A DNA stretch of 56,083 nt from Asterionella formosa. Its lineage: Eukaryota. Below, one piece after another: positions 38,237 through 51,400 of the stretch. The notes under the pieces are model-generated. The model searched no databases and was not told the DNA's origin. It worked only from the letters and a program-made list of their open reading frames with translations. Position numbers and translations under genes: made by a program. The DNA is taken from positions 1 through 56,083 of the forward strand of contig NKIB01013524.1 in assembly GCA_002256025.1 (NCBI GenBank), in the 5' to 3' direction. Each line of letters starts with the position of its first letter. Within the stretch, counting starts at the first letter, position 1.

Positions 38237-41200
38237 CCTCGGATCATCTAAGCAGACATCTGATTATGAGACTACTACTGAGTACCTCATCAATCACATC
38301 AAAAAAGTGTTTGACTATGGCAACGACATAGGAACCGCGCTCAAGTTGTTTGAACCAATCAACACATCGGCATGGAAGCCAAGAATGCAAGTGAGCATTG
38401 CAACAACAACAGAAGAAGATCGCGCTGCAGAGAATCGACAATATGAGATTGAGTTCAAGGCTGACTATGACACCTACAGTAAAAGGGTACAGGCCTACGA
38501 AAATAATAAGACCAAGGCATATATGTTGCTCTGGGAAAGATGCAACAAAGCCATGAAGAACAAGATCAAAGCGAGATCTGATTACAATAGGATCGAAAAC
38601 AACCCAATAACATTGCTTATGGCAATTAAAGAACACGCATTAAATTTTCAAGAAAATCGATATTCTATGTCGATCATTTTAGATGCAATGAGAACACTTT
38701 TATTTACAAAGCAAAAGGGAGGAGAAAGTCTACAAGACTACACGAAGAGATTTCGTGTGGCACGAGATGTGCTCAAGTCACACATGAGAGGACCCATTAT
38801 CCTCACCAAGTTTGTTGAAGCCATGGATGGGTACAACGAGACTGACATCAAGCTACAAGATAAATTTCGTGAACAAGCTTTCAGTCAATTTATGGCCTAT
38901 TTATACCTCGATAATGCAGATAAAGCCAAATATGGATCAATTATGACCGGGCTGAACACTCAACAATCACTCGGCAACAATCAATACCCGAAGACCATCA
39001 CCGAATCAAATAATGTTCTCAGCAACCATCGGTTTGACGTGATAAATAGACCCAACAGTCACAAGAAACCAGGAGATCATGATAAAGACAGAGAACAAAA
39101 GGATGCAGGGATGGAAGACGAAGATGTGAACTTATTGTTCGCACAGTTAGAAGGAAAATGTTACTGCTGCAGAAAAGCAGGTCACAAATTCCCTTTGTGC
39201 CAAGACAAGAATAAACCCAATGAGGAATGGGCAATCAACAAGGCCCAAAGCCGTGCACAGGCACAGGCTTCTACGTCGGAGACGAGTACAGTTACCTCTG
39301 TTAATTCCAACAACCCACCGTCATCACAAGGTCCACAACAAGCAAATGTCAATCAATTTGGATGGGCGGGAGCTCATATGAAACTACAATTTTACCAAGC
39401 ATCTGAGATGCGTGACTGGATACTATTGGATAATAAATCAATTGTTACAGTCTTTTGCAATCCAAAAATGGTTGATAACATTCGAATGTCAACCAATGGA
39501 AGAATGCACCTGGCCACAAATGGTGGATCCATGGTCACTAATATGAAGGCTGATATTCCACAATGGGGAGAAGTATGGTTTAATGAAAAGGCAATCACAA
39601 ACATCTTCAGTTATGCCGAAATGGCAGATAGTAGGTACAGAATTACCTATGACTCTGAGAAAGAAGATGCATTTATTGTTCATTTGCCTGACAAACCAGT
39701 TCGATTCGAAAGAATTGGGATGAATTGTCTTTATATGTTTTCAAGCCTCCTACAACAATTAAGGCGCAGAATGCTCAAATGCTTATACAGTTGAAGAGAA
39801 CAAAACATTTTACACTGAACGTCAATTTGAGAGAGCTAAGCGAGCTCGTGATCTATTTCGTGCCTTGGGTACACCATCAATTAATGATTTCGAGGCAATA
39901 ATTCGTATAAATACGATCAACAATAATCCAGTGACTACCGATGATATCAAAATTGCAGAGAAAAGTTTTTGACCTGACATTGGAACACTAAAAGGCAAGA
40001 CAACTCGTCGCAAGCCGCTGCCAGTTGTGAACAACTACATCGAGATTCCTAAGGAGCTTATTCGAGCTCAACGCGAAGTTACTCTTTGCATGGATGGAAT
40101 GAAAGTCAATGGAGAATCATTTCTCACAACAATTTCTCGAAACATTATGTATATGACAGCGCAATGGGTCAAGAGTCAGACAGCTGAAGTCTATCGAGAT
40201 GCTTTGACTCAGGTATTCCGTATTTATAATACCAGAGGATTTAAAATTACAACAATCCACTGTGACAACGAGTTTCGACCTTTGATGGAACAAATTTCCA
40301 ATGAATTTCAAGTCACTATGAACTACGCAAACCCACAAGAACATGTTCCTGAAGCGGAACGAAATAATCGAGTGATTAAAGAAAGCGTGCGCGCAGCTTA
40401 TCATCGATTACCTTTCAAATATTTGCCAAGACTGATGATAAAGGTTCTAGTCTCAGAATCTGCAAAGAAACTGAATTTCTTTCTGGCAAAGAACAAGATA
40501 TCCCCATTTTACAGTCGTCGAATGATTTTACATCAACAAAACCTGGACCATGCTCGAAATTGCCAGAATGCATTTGGCACTTATGTCCAAGCACATGAAG
40601 AATCTGTGTTTTCAAACACTAATGCACCACGCAGCCTAGATTGCATTTATCTACGCTACAATGACAACGTGCAAGGAGGTCACGAATCATTACACCTACC
40701 TGCAAATTCACTGATCACTAGACAAACAGTTACTACTCTACCACTTACCCCAGCAATCATGAATCAAATACAAGCCCTTGCTGTGCAGGAAAATATGCCA
40801 GACGGACTCAAGATATCAAATCGAACGGGACAACTATTTTATGATAGTGCTTGGATTGCAGGAATGGATTATGATAATGAAGCATTTGAAGATGCACAAG
40901 ATGAAGATTATGAAGATCAACATGCTAGTGACGATGAAAGTAATGATGAAATTCTCGGAGAAGAAGACTATTATGAAATGACTCCAGATGAAATATATGA
41001 AGCAGAACAGCTTGAATTAAACAACAATATCCAAGAGGATGACCCTGAACCTGAGGGCAACAACGAATATAATGTTGAAATGAATGCAGATGAATTCCAA
41101 GATAAGGATGAAGAGCCAGTAAATGAAACTGAAAATAAAGAGGCAATGTTAGAATTCATTCCAAGCACTCAGGATGCCACAGACCCAAATGTTAAAACTA

Positions 41201-43010
41201 AAAGGTCTGGAAGAGTCTCAAGACCACCATCAAAACTGGCTATGGTCCAACATCATTTACATACCCAAGCACACTATCAAGAAGAATACACGACTGATAA
41301 TGCGAAAGTGATCGCAATGACAATGTGTTATATGAATGAGATGTCTACTATCGATAAAGAAGCATTTCACTTTGTTCAGTCATACAGCTTAAGAAAAGGC
41401 CTCAAAAACTTTGGCCAGAAAGGAAGAGACGCTGCTTATATAGAAATGAAACAACTACATGATAGAGTTGTATTTGAACCGATTAGGATTGAAGACCTAC
41501 TAACTGAGATCGAAAAGCGACGTGCAATGGAAACAAGTCTAATTTTTTTGGTTGAAAGGCGAGACAAGAGTATGAAAGGCAGAGCTTGTGCCAATGTCAG
41601 TTCGCAACGTCGTGAATACATGGAAAGAGATGAAGCAGCTAGTCCAACGACCACGAATGAATTTTCTGTTATGATAGCTAACAGCAACAATTGATGCGAA
41701 GCAAAATCGCGATGTTATGACTTCAGATATACCCAATGCATTTGTGCAAGTGGAGGATATCGATGAGAAAGAAAAAGGGGAACGAATCATTATGAAGATT
41801 AGAGGTTTGCTTGTCACTATGTTGACATAACAGGCTTATGAAAAATATGTTGTTAGTGAAGGGAACAACAAAGTCCTATATGTTAGGATGATCAAGGCAT
41901 TATATGGCATGTTATAGTCATCATTGTTATATTACAAGAAATTTCGGAAGGATATTGAGTCAATTGGATTCAAGGTCAATCCATATGATCCATGCGTTGC
42001 AAATCGCATTAAGGCAAACAGCACACAGTTACTTGACACATAGACGATTTGAAATCTAGTCACATGGACAGCAAAGTGAATGATCAATTTTTGGAATGGC
42101 TCAAAAAGAAATACGCTTCTGACGATATTGGTGAATTCAAGGTCATGCGTAGAAAGAAGCATGCTCATTTGGCAATGACACTAGATTACTCTCTTCTAGG
42201 AGTGTTGAGGGTGGATATGACCAAATATGTGAAATCAATGATTGATGATTTTCCAGAGAAACTTGAAGGTGTTGGAAAATTCCCATCGACAGATAAATTG
42301 TTCACAGTTGAGACGAAATCAAAGAAGCTTAAATATGAAAAAGCAAAAATATTTCATACTTTTGTTATGAAAGGAATGTTCCTATGTAAGCGAGGAAGAC
42401 AGGACATTCAACCAGGAATTGCATTTCTGGCAACCCGATCTACCAAACCAATGAAGGCGATTGGGCAAAATTAGTCAAGATCATGAATTTCTTGAAAGCA
42501 ACTCAGAAGGGGGTTGCATCTATGAGTGCTGATGACACTCAGAGTATTAAATGGTACGTTGATGCGGCGTTTGCAGTACACAAAGATTTTAAAAGGCACA
42601 CAGGAGCTACACTGTCACTTGGAAAAGGAATTATTTGTTTTATGTCTACTAAACAGAAAGTGATCACTAGAAGTTCGACTGAAGCAGAATTGGTTGGTGT
42701 CGATGACATTATATCAAAGGTGTTGTGGACTAAATTATCTATTGAAGCACAAGGACACAAGGTGACTACGAATGTCATTTACCGTGACAACACTAGCGCA
42801 ATGAAGCTAGAAGCAAATGGAAAAGTAAGTTCAGGAAAACGCACGCAACATTTCAACATCAGGTATTTTTACATTACTGATTTTATTGAAAGAAAGGAAG
42901 TACAAATTAAGTACTGTCCAACGGATGCAATGATTGCAGATTACATGACAAAACCACTGGTTGGAGCGAAATTTATTCATTTTCGTCAGCAAATAATGAA
43001 TTCAAAGTGA
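38237..43010 (+). pseudogene. Copia gag-pol polyprotein with frameshifts and stops
   Basis: Zinc knuckle CYCCRKAGHKFPLC, protease WILLDNKS, integrase IHCDNEF...EHVPEAERNNRVIKE, RT (DIPNAFVQ, KALYG, NPYDPCVAN), RNase H WYVDAAFAVH...SSTEAE...DNTSA...ADYMTKPL. Confidence 0.93.
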
Positions 43011-43032
43011 GCATCCGTGTCCAGCAGGAGTG

Positions 43033-43308
43033 TGTTGGAGAAATTATTTTAGGAAAGAAAAATCCCGGTATGAATTACCTACTACATATTAAATCGAATG
43101 AATCAAAAAGAATATGGTACCAGAGAAAACTCAGAATTCGAAAACAATCTACATCACCAGTAAAACCCATAATTCTACTAAAACCGTTAGGAACGATTAC
43201 AATCGATTACTGCAACATCGTTGTTCATATCTACAGCCTATTTGGTCCCTGACGTGTCCTTACAGGATACAAGAAAGCAATAGAGGGCTTCGGGACGCAA
43301 TTTCAACA
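43033..43308 (+). repeat. 3' LTR
   Basis: Direct repeat of 33447-33724, preceded by a purine-rich CAGCAGGAGTG tract. Confidence 0.95.
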
Positions 43309-43649
43309 TGGAGGAACATGAGCTGCTGTCAAGGCCATGATTTCCCTGACATTCATGCTCTACCAAATCCAAATGTGCATTGGCAGCTTAAACTACTCTA
43401 CAAAGGTTGCATAGAACCCACATTGAGATTTGTCTGTGTAAATATCCATCATGTTGCCAATACTGACTGTCAAGGAAGTAAGAAAATATTTTATGATAAA
43501 ATCAAGCAGTCAGCGCTAGCAGTATATGCTTGTGTTTAATTCTCCAACAAACCCTTTTCTTGGCGCCTTATTGGCATTAACGTTTATCCCTTTTTGTACA
43601 GAGTCTACTCACAACTGTACTATACTGGCATTGGTTTCTTCAAATGCTC

Positions 43650-44130
43650 AATGAGTGTTGGGGCACGTCGAAACAATGGAATGAGTATCAATGGCTATAA
43701 GTCGACCCTTGAAAAAATATTCAAGAGTTCGAATGCTGAAGCCAGCTACTCTCCAGGATCAATTGATGATGCATGGTACCCTCTTTCTGTATGAACTCCA
43801 AGTATATTGGAGTTTTGGCCTCTCCAAGAATGAAGGATCAGAAAAGTTCATTATTTCAGCTCCCATGGTCACCATGGAGGCACCAACATTGCCACGACGG
43901 TACCTGTCGTTCTAGCCAAGGGAAGCGATGTAACCAAAACAATGCAATTTATGTTGCCAGCCAGTTATGATGAACTATCAAATTTTCCTAAACTGACGAA
44001 GAACCCAGCTGTTCATATTCTAGAAATTCTCAGAGTCATTGGAGTATTCTATCGCTTCAATGGGAATCCTTTCAAAAGAACAAGCTAAACTCATGGCCAT
44101 TGAGCTGGAGCAACAACTGGCAAAGAATTG
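43650..44130 (+). pseudogene. Decayed fragment of a SOUL heme-binding family gene
   Basis: Across frameshifts: YIGV..., KNEGSEKFIISAPMVTM, KTMQFMLPASYDELSNFPKLTKNPAVHILEI...RFNG, matching the SOUL pattern YI...I.MTAPV...MQF.LP...P.P...V.I. Confidence 0.65.
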
Positions 44131-45060
44131 AATTAATATGCCTGATTTTTTGGAATGGTAGGTCGGTTTGGGGCAAAATTAACAAAGTCATCAAGACTCC
44201 TGGAATTTTTGTTGTTCCTGTAGGTGACTTGGTAATGAAAGTTAATGTACCTCATTCCCATAGAAAATTCGACAGAGGACGACAGAGCATCATATGTCTT
44301 TGGGTACCTAATAACTATCTATACCCATTTGATCCCAATAAGGGGGTCTTCTTGTGAATTGGCAAGAAAATTGCAGTCATGAGCAAAGAATGTAGTTATC
44401 AGTCAATCAAAAATCTTTTTGTGCCTGAATTTTCTTGTATCCAGTTTGCCCATAGTTGGAGGATGACCAATCATCAACACATCACTTCTGTATTTCTCAC
44501 ACATGTACACATGGATAAAACAAAAATATGTGTTGGTACAAGAGACACTGCTTGAGGGTTGATTTTGCCACTGTAGCCTTCTTTGCGATAAGAAGAAGCA
44601 AAATGATTTGTCATAGTCATCACTGCTAGTATGCGAGTTAAGAACAAAATCATGTCTTCTTCATCTTATTCTGCTTTGTCATAGTCTTTGTCTGCTTTGT
44701 CTGGCTTTGTTTCTGTGTATCAGAGTTCATATCATCATTACCACCAGTCTTTTCTTCTTCATTGATTGAATTATTTTCTTCATCATTGTTGTTGTTGTTT
44801 TCTTCATTATAAGTAATAGGAGCAGGGGTTTTTGACCGACCAGCCAGTTTCTTGTACTAAGTAAATGAGTAATCAAGGGAAAATTGAAGTCCTTCTTGCC
44901 ATTCCTATACCCTGACACTTTAAACCTCACGTAAACTTTTCGACGGATTTTGACAGATTTGTGTTTTATATCAACTTCTGTTATATGAATCAATCAACAC
45001 CCTCTTTCATGCAGAGTAAAGTCATCCGGTAATATGAGCGAGTCGACAAACTCATCAATG
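44130..45060 (-). pseudogene. Relic of a Harbinger-type accessory ORF homologous to 2080-2340
   Basis: DEFVDSLILPDDFTLHERG...KSVKIRRKVYVRFKVSGYRNGKK aligns by eye with DDQWVACITPADFFIDNEG...ISLQRLRCIRVHFKIAGYRNKTN. Confidence 0.5.
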
Positions 45061-45285
45061 TTGGCTGGACCACTAGAAAACAATATTCTTCTCATGAATG
45101 TTGGCTGGACCACCAGCAAAAGATTGCTTCTTTTCAAGAATACTGATCTCATCATCTCATGAATGTTGGCTGGACCACCAGCAAAGATTGCTTCTTTTCA
45201 AGAATACTCATCTCATCAATGTCGGCTGCCTGGACCACCAACAAAAGATTTCCTCTTTTCAACAATATCCATCCTATCAATGTCG
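45050..45285. repeat. Imperfect tandem repeat, about 4 units of 40-65 bp
   Basis: Recurrent CTCATSAATGTTGGCTGGACCACCAGCAAAGATTGCTTCTTTTCAAGAATACT core. Confidence 0.8.
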
Positions 45286-46111
45286 ACTTACACTCTATTA
45301 CAATGCAAAACTAGTATACAGGTCTATGAAGGAACCAATTCATCTCCAATTATAGTAGTGCTCCACAAATTAGTTGTGAGTCAAGGTAAGAGTTTGTTGT
45401 CTGCTTTTATTGTAGTTATACTATAGAATGATTTAAATACACACCACCCTTTGTTCTGTTCAAAAATTTGCATGCATAAATGGAGGAGCCACTTGAACGA
45501 TAAGCAAGTGAGGTGCATTCATGTGGTCGCATTGTTTCACAAGCCAATTGTACACCAGTGACGAAGCCATTCTGAACGAACAGCCTTTGTTGCATGTTGT
45601 GTTGAGTGAATATTTGAATCATTCTACTACATTATTTGATAGAATCTTTTGAATTAGTTGAATGACCTCCAGATAGTTAGTTGAAAAAACTTCAGAAAAT
45701 TACGTGAACTAAATTACAGAATTACTTTATCAAAAATAATATGTTAGGTGAACTAATTTACAGAATTATGTGAAGGTCACAAATTATATTAGTGATGATC
45801 AGCAGTACTGCATGCATGCATGCATGTTACTTTGATCAAGTAATAAAGGTGATGTATTCAAATTATTTATTGATGAATTCAAGTGCACATTTGATGTTTT
45901 CAACTAATTCATGTGATTCATTCAAAATCAACTAGGCTTGTTTACGTACATTTTTATTGGTACCTTCAAGAAGTCTATAAGTAAACTTCTGCAATGAATC
46001 CATTGGGTAGCTACGGGCAGCTTCCATGATGGAGAATATTGAATTGAGATTTCCATTTTGTATCAGTTGTGCTACTCGAAGTACAATAGAGCAGCTTTTG
46101 ATACATTGTAG

Positions 46112-47679
46112 GAGAAATATTACAAGCAACATGCCTCAGGTAAGCAAAGTCATTCAATAGTGAACAGGCACAGTATGGTGGAAATATGTATGACTAATAC
46201 ATACTATGTATGTTGAACAACCCATGGATTTATACAGGGCAGCCAACAGCTAGTACCTGGCTGGTACCAGCCAGCAGTAAAATCAACAGGGTTTAAAATT
46301 AATTATATAGCACACATTAGTAGAATTAAACATTTGGTAAAAGTTTTTCTCTGTGTCCGGCAACGATTGGGTTTGTCGTGACTTGCAATGCAATTGATTA
46401 AATCGTGATCCGTTTACCCTTCACTAGCTTACAGACCTTTCCGCTCCCTCTCCTCCTTGGACCCATTGTACTTTGACGCAGATTCCATCCGGTCAAAGCA
46501 GCTGTTGTTGCAAACCAAAAGTCACCGTGTTGAAGCGGCGCGCCTCAGTAGTTTGTGTGTGTCTCCGCATTTACTGTTGTATTTCTCTCTACTCACAGCT
46601 TTCGACACAGAGGTCCCGTTCGCTTGTGCCCCCACCCACCCACTCACCGTACTCGGTACCAAGTCTCAAAAGACGCTCACTATGCCCACAAGAGCTTACA
46701 AAGGGGCCCGTTCTTCTCTTTTACACTTGCTTCTGCGCCACCATGTCTCTAGCCATTCTAGACGCCCAGGCCCCTTGACTTGATGACCCTCTTGACATTG
46801 GAGGCGCACCAGCCATGGTTGATCTCGCATATGCCGACTTCATGCTCACTACAATCAACCTCACCAATACCAGCCTTTTTACTGTGTTGCCACACCCCAG
46901 CATGCATGCCTTGTTCCCATCTATCAAGCATCGTCAACCCTTGGCTTGCCGATTCTCTTAAATGGGGGGGGATACTGCTGGATCTAGCCTACTCAGATGC
47001 TCAAAGCAACAACAAAAGTATCATCATAACATGGGGTTTTTCTCTATTATTTTACTCTTCCAACAACCAAGGACTTCCTTTGCCAGCATGTACAAGAACC
47101 CAACACTATGGTGAGAGGGAGACTGTGATCTTGGATATCTTTCTTCTTTTCACCAGCCACTTGTCACTGGAACACCACAGATAGGGGAGATATATCCCAT
47201 GGCATCAGAATAGCAGAAAGGGGAGCATATTGCATCACAGAAATCAGGCAAATGAATTGATGAGATACTTCTCCATATTTGTTCAAATTTCAGATTATTC
47301 CACAGCAAACCTGGGAAATCTTGTGGCAACTAGTACCACACATTAATTAACAGCTTGAATGAAGGGGAGTAGCAGAGAATTATTACAAGCAACATGCCCC
47401 AGGTAAGCAAAGTCATTCAATAGTGAACAGGCACAGTATGGTGGAAATGTGTATGACCAATAGATACTATGTATTTTGAACAACCCATGGATTTATAGCG
47501 GGCAGCCAACAGCTAGTACCTGGCTGGTACCAGCCAGCAGTAAAACCAACAGGGTATGAAATTAATTATATAGCACACATTAGTAGAATTAAACATTGGT
47601 AAACGTTTTTCTCTGTGTCCAGCAATGATTGGGTTTGTCGTGATTTGCATTTAAATCGTTATCGGTTTATCCTTTGCTA
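46112..47679. repeat. Pair of ~310-bp direct repeats (46112-46428 and 47375-47679) around a ~950-bp spacer
   Basis: Collinear high similarity visible by eye; each copy contains the palindrome CTGGCTGGTACCAGCCAG. Confidence 0.85.
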
Positions 47680-48475
47680 CATTGGACCGGTAATACCGGT
47701 ACCGGTAGTCTACTCCAGGAAATGGTTCGGATCATACCGGTAGTGTGCTGCCATGGTACCGGGTACCAGTTGTATTACCGGTATGTTCACAAACTATTAG
47801 AAGGAGGACGTATGTAGGACTCATTCTACATGTCCCGCCCCCGGACAGGCGGCGCGCCAATTTGTTTTCCTAAACCCAAAGAATGATCCGATCTTCTAAG
47901 ATGACATACCGGTACATATTTTTACCGGAATATTTATGGCATACACCGGTAGTTGTGCATTCTATAGGTACTATCATTTCGTAAACCTCCGCCCCAGTGG
48001 TACTGCATTCCTTTATTTTCAAATAGTCATGAGCAGCAATACAATTTAGACTATGCGTACAGAATATACCGGTAATTAATTTAATATTACCGGAATATTC
48101 TGTATTCCTATGGGACAAGTAGCATCCTATGTATGTAGCTTCATATGTGTAGAAAAACACACAATAAACATTTATAGGGGTCAATTTCATACTGTTTATC
48201 GGTATATTATTACATACTCCGTACTGTATTTTACACTCGGTGAAAATAAAAGATAAAACCTAGCAATACTCTCCAACCATCTTCCTTCCAATAGAGAGTT
48301 GCTTGCACGACACTGCGAGCCTTTGCGAGCTCTAGCCACATCATTGAACAAGCGAACCCATAGCGTTCTCAAACTTCAAAAGCTAGCTCAAAGTGCGACA
48401 AGAAGCCAAAGTGTAGTAAAGATAATCGAGCCTTTCACTCCAAGGACTGGCATGATTGCTGGTCTCCTTCTAGCG

Positions 48476-51400
48476 ATGGCTGATCATCAAAGCAGCAATC
48501 AAAACAGAGTGATTCACGCTCAGCAATGGAAATGTGATGTGTGCCAAGTAGCTATATTTCCTACCCTTCAAGAAGCTTGCCACCACGAAGAAAAATGCAA
48601 GAAATCGAAAGCTGACAAGGTATCTACTAATCCGATGATCCCGCGGGCTACGGGAGCGCCAATTGCTGCAGCTCATCCTTTCTTCAGCATTCCACAAAAG
48701 AAGACAAAAGTACATTCCACACCCGATGTAATATTTATAGATTCGAGTCCCCAAGTGCGACAGGAAGAACTGACAGTGGGCGAAGTGAAGGTTGTTATTG
48801 ACGTGGACAAGCAACCTCCTAACATTCGAAAAACAATTTCATGCAAAGCCACTGCTCCGAAAAATGCATCTGGGGCCAAACTGCTCCTATCTTCGAATTT
48901 TGAAAAAAAGATTCGATCTAAGAAGCTATCGAATACAAAGGGTGTTGACATAAAGAAGTCTGAGCAACCAATCATGAAGAGGCTTGCTCAGCGAGCCCAA
49001 AACCTTAAGCAGTCGTCCGACACTTCTTCTGAATCGCTCGCATCTATTTTCGGTGCTACGAAAGCTTCAGATGTTATTTTGGCGGAGCACCGAGCTGTGG
49101 AGTTTTCCATTAAGCAAAGAGAAAAGATCGAGAAGGAATGCGAACGACGGCGTAGGCGCCACGAGGCGCATGCGCAGGTACTAGCCCCAGAGGACTCAAT
49201 GTCGTCGACACAAGTCAAGTTCAAAACAACCACTACATATCCCCTCGACTTGAGATTTTACAGTCCCTCGCATGTATTTGCTCCTTTCAGGATTTCTCCT
49301 CGTGTCGAGAAGGAAAAATCTTGGGTAATAGAAAATGTTATCTCAAATGCGCAATCGCGCTTACGAGAAAAGGAGCGACACTTTACCAAACCACTGATCG
49401 ATGAACAAATCAAGGACTGCAATTTATTACCCTCAACTCTAAATAAACGCAGTTTGGCAGCGGATCGAGATTTAATCAGTAAAATTATTTCAACCAAACT
49501 GGAGGTGGCTGACATCAAGTTGATCGACGGCAAACTTTGGGTGGAGAAGCACTCGATTAGGTCAATTCCTGCAGATGTGGTGGGCAAAAGCAATCAAGGC
49601 ACGTCTATCCAAATGCTACGCTTTGTTGACGAGTGGAAGTTGGAGCGCCAAAAGGCACACGTTCGGCGGGCGGAGAAGCAAGAAGCCCTCAAAATGACGC
49701 GAAGGAAGAAACAATCCCCTCAATGCGAAGACATATGGAGTGACTCCGAAGAAGAGTCGAGTTTGGCCAGCATTTTTCTATTGACGGGACCACCTGGGTC
49801 TGGTAAGACCAGTTTAGTCCACGCAGTTGCCCGCCAGAGCGATTGTTTTGTAATCGAAATCAATACGACAGTCAAAAGGAGTGGTCAAGCCCTCAAACAT
49901 GCGATCGAAGAAGCAACTCAAAGCGATTCGACGCTGGAAATGATGAAGAGGAAAAATAATGAAGCTACCTTTGATTTTGCCGATACTGACGACGACGAAA
50001 GTAAGGATGCGACTGAAAAGCGAGCCGCTGTGCCTGTTGTTCTCATTGACGAGGTCGACAATCTATTCGAGGAAGCCGGTGATGTTGGTTTCTGGACAGC
50101 CTTGAAGACTGTTGCAAAGAAGGCACAGTGTCCAGTTTTTCTCACTGCTAACCGTGTTCCGGAAGAATTTCAACGCGCATCGATCCGACACATGCATTGC
50201 GATACTTTCTTGGCTGAACCATCCGAGTGCGCATCACGATTATGCAGGATTCTCAAGGATGAGGGTTTTCAGCGGATTCCTGGGTGTAGCGAACATGAGT
50301 TATTTGAAGAACTGGTTAAAGTGGCGGAGTGCTGTAACTGCGATCTTCGTCGCATCTTGAACTCGCTGGAAGTCGTATTGAGTCACCAACAACAATTTCC
50401 AGTTGTAAATGAGAAAGAAATCAAAACTTGCACCAAATTGATGACCGCTGCTACTGTCGAGATTTCTAACGTATCACCCAAACAAGTAAGTTCGGATGAA
50501 CCTACACTTTTGACGATCAAGGGACGAGGATTCAAGTCGATGACAGGAAAGCAATGCAGCGTTTTGATTGGCAGTGCGCTGTCTCTGGGGTCCCACACCG
50601 TGGACGACAACACAATCCTTGCCGTTTGTCCACCATGTTCTTTGCCTAATGGTGTGAACAAATATGGACATTTTGAAGGAACTTTTCAAGAGTGTCTGTC
50701 ATGTAGGTTCAAATCCATCGCAGTTGTATTCGACTGTTTTGGTGTATCTTCTTCAAGCATATCCAATGTTACCTGTAACGAGAATTGTGATGGTTCCGTT
50801 GCAACTGCAATAGTAAGCTGGAAAATCGAGTATTCTTTTCCTGGCGCACTTCGATCGTTTCACAGTGGCCACCAGGAATCTGACAGCATCAAGGATTCTG
50901 ACGAGGAAACAGACAAAGAGAACGTGTTCTGCTCCAATAAATTGAAACATGGTGAACTTCCAGCTGCCGATGAAATCGCAAGAAATGATGTCAATCCAAA
51001 ATGTGGCGATGAACTAATATTGAAGGCAAAACATTTGATTGATAACGCCATAGCAACCTTTGCTGGCTGTGATGAAAAGGCGATACAGACTAGTGCAACG
51101 CACGTGCCCGCATCCAAGCAGCAGAAAGTCGGATCCTGTAAAGCGATAGAGCATGATGCCATGATTGCCGCCCTTGACAGCGATGTGGCATTCCTGCAGG
51201 ATCACCTAGGCGGCACGCCTTTCCTTGCTGGTGCTTCGCGAGGCTTTGGATCCGATCTCGTCGATGGTGGCAGCCACGGAAGCACCGCTACAAATGAGGT
51301 TAAACTGACAAAGAACACAAAACCTCCAAATATCGAAAGGCTGATAGCGTCCGGTTGGAACGAAGAATACTGTTTTTTTGGAAATTCAGACGCCTACATG

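Larger units (their letters stand above)
33447..43308 (+). mobile_element. Full-length decayed Ty1/Copia (CoDi-type) LTR retrotransposon
   Basis: Two ~277-bp LTRs (TGTTG...CAACA), 5-bp TSD TGGAG at 33442-33446 and 43309-43313, domain order gag-PR-IN-RT-RH. Confidence 0.95.

Noticed and set aside
39750..42480. Programmed frameshifting in the Copia pol
   Set aside because: Several frameshifts and in-frame stops scattered through the IN and RT regions indicate decay.
45050..45285. Repeat array as CRISPR-like
   Set aside because: Eukaryotic context, no unique spacers, irregular unit length, no cas genes.
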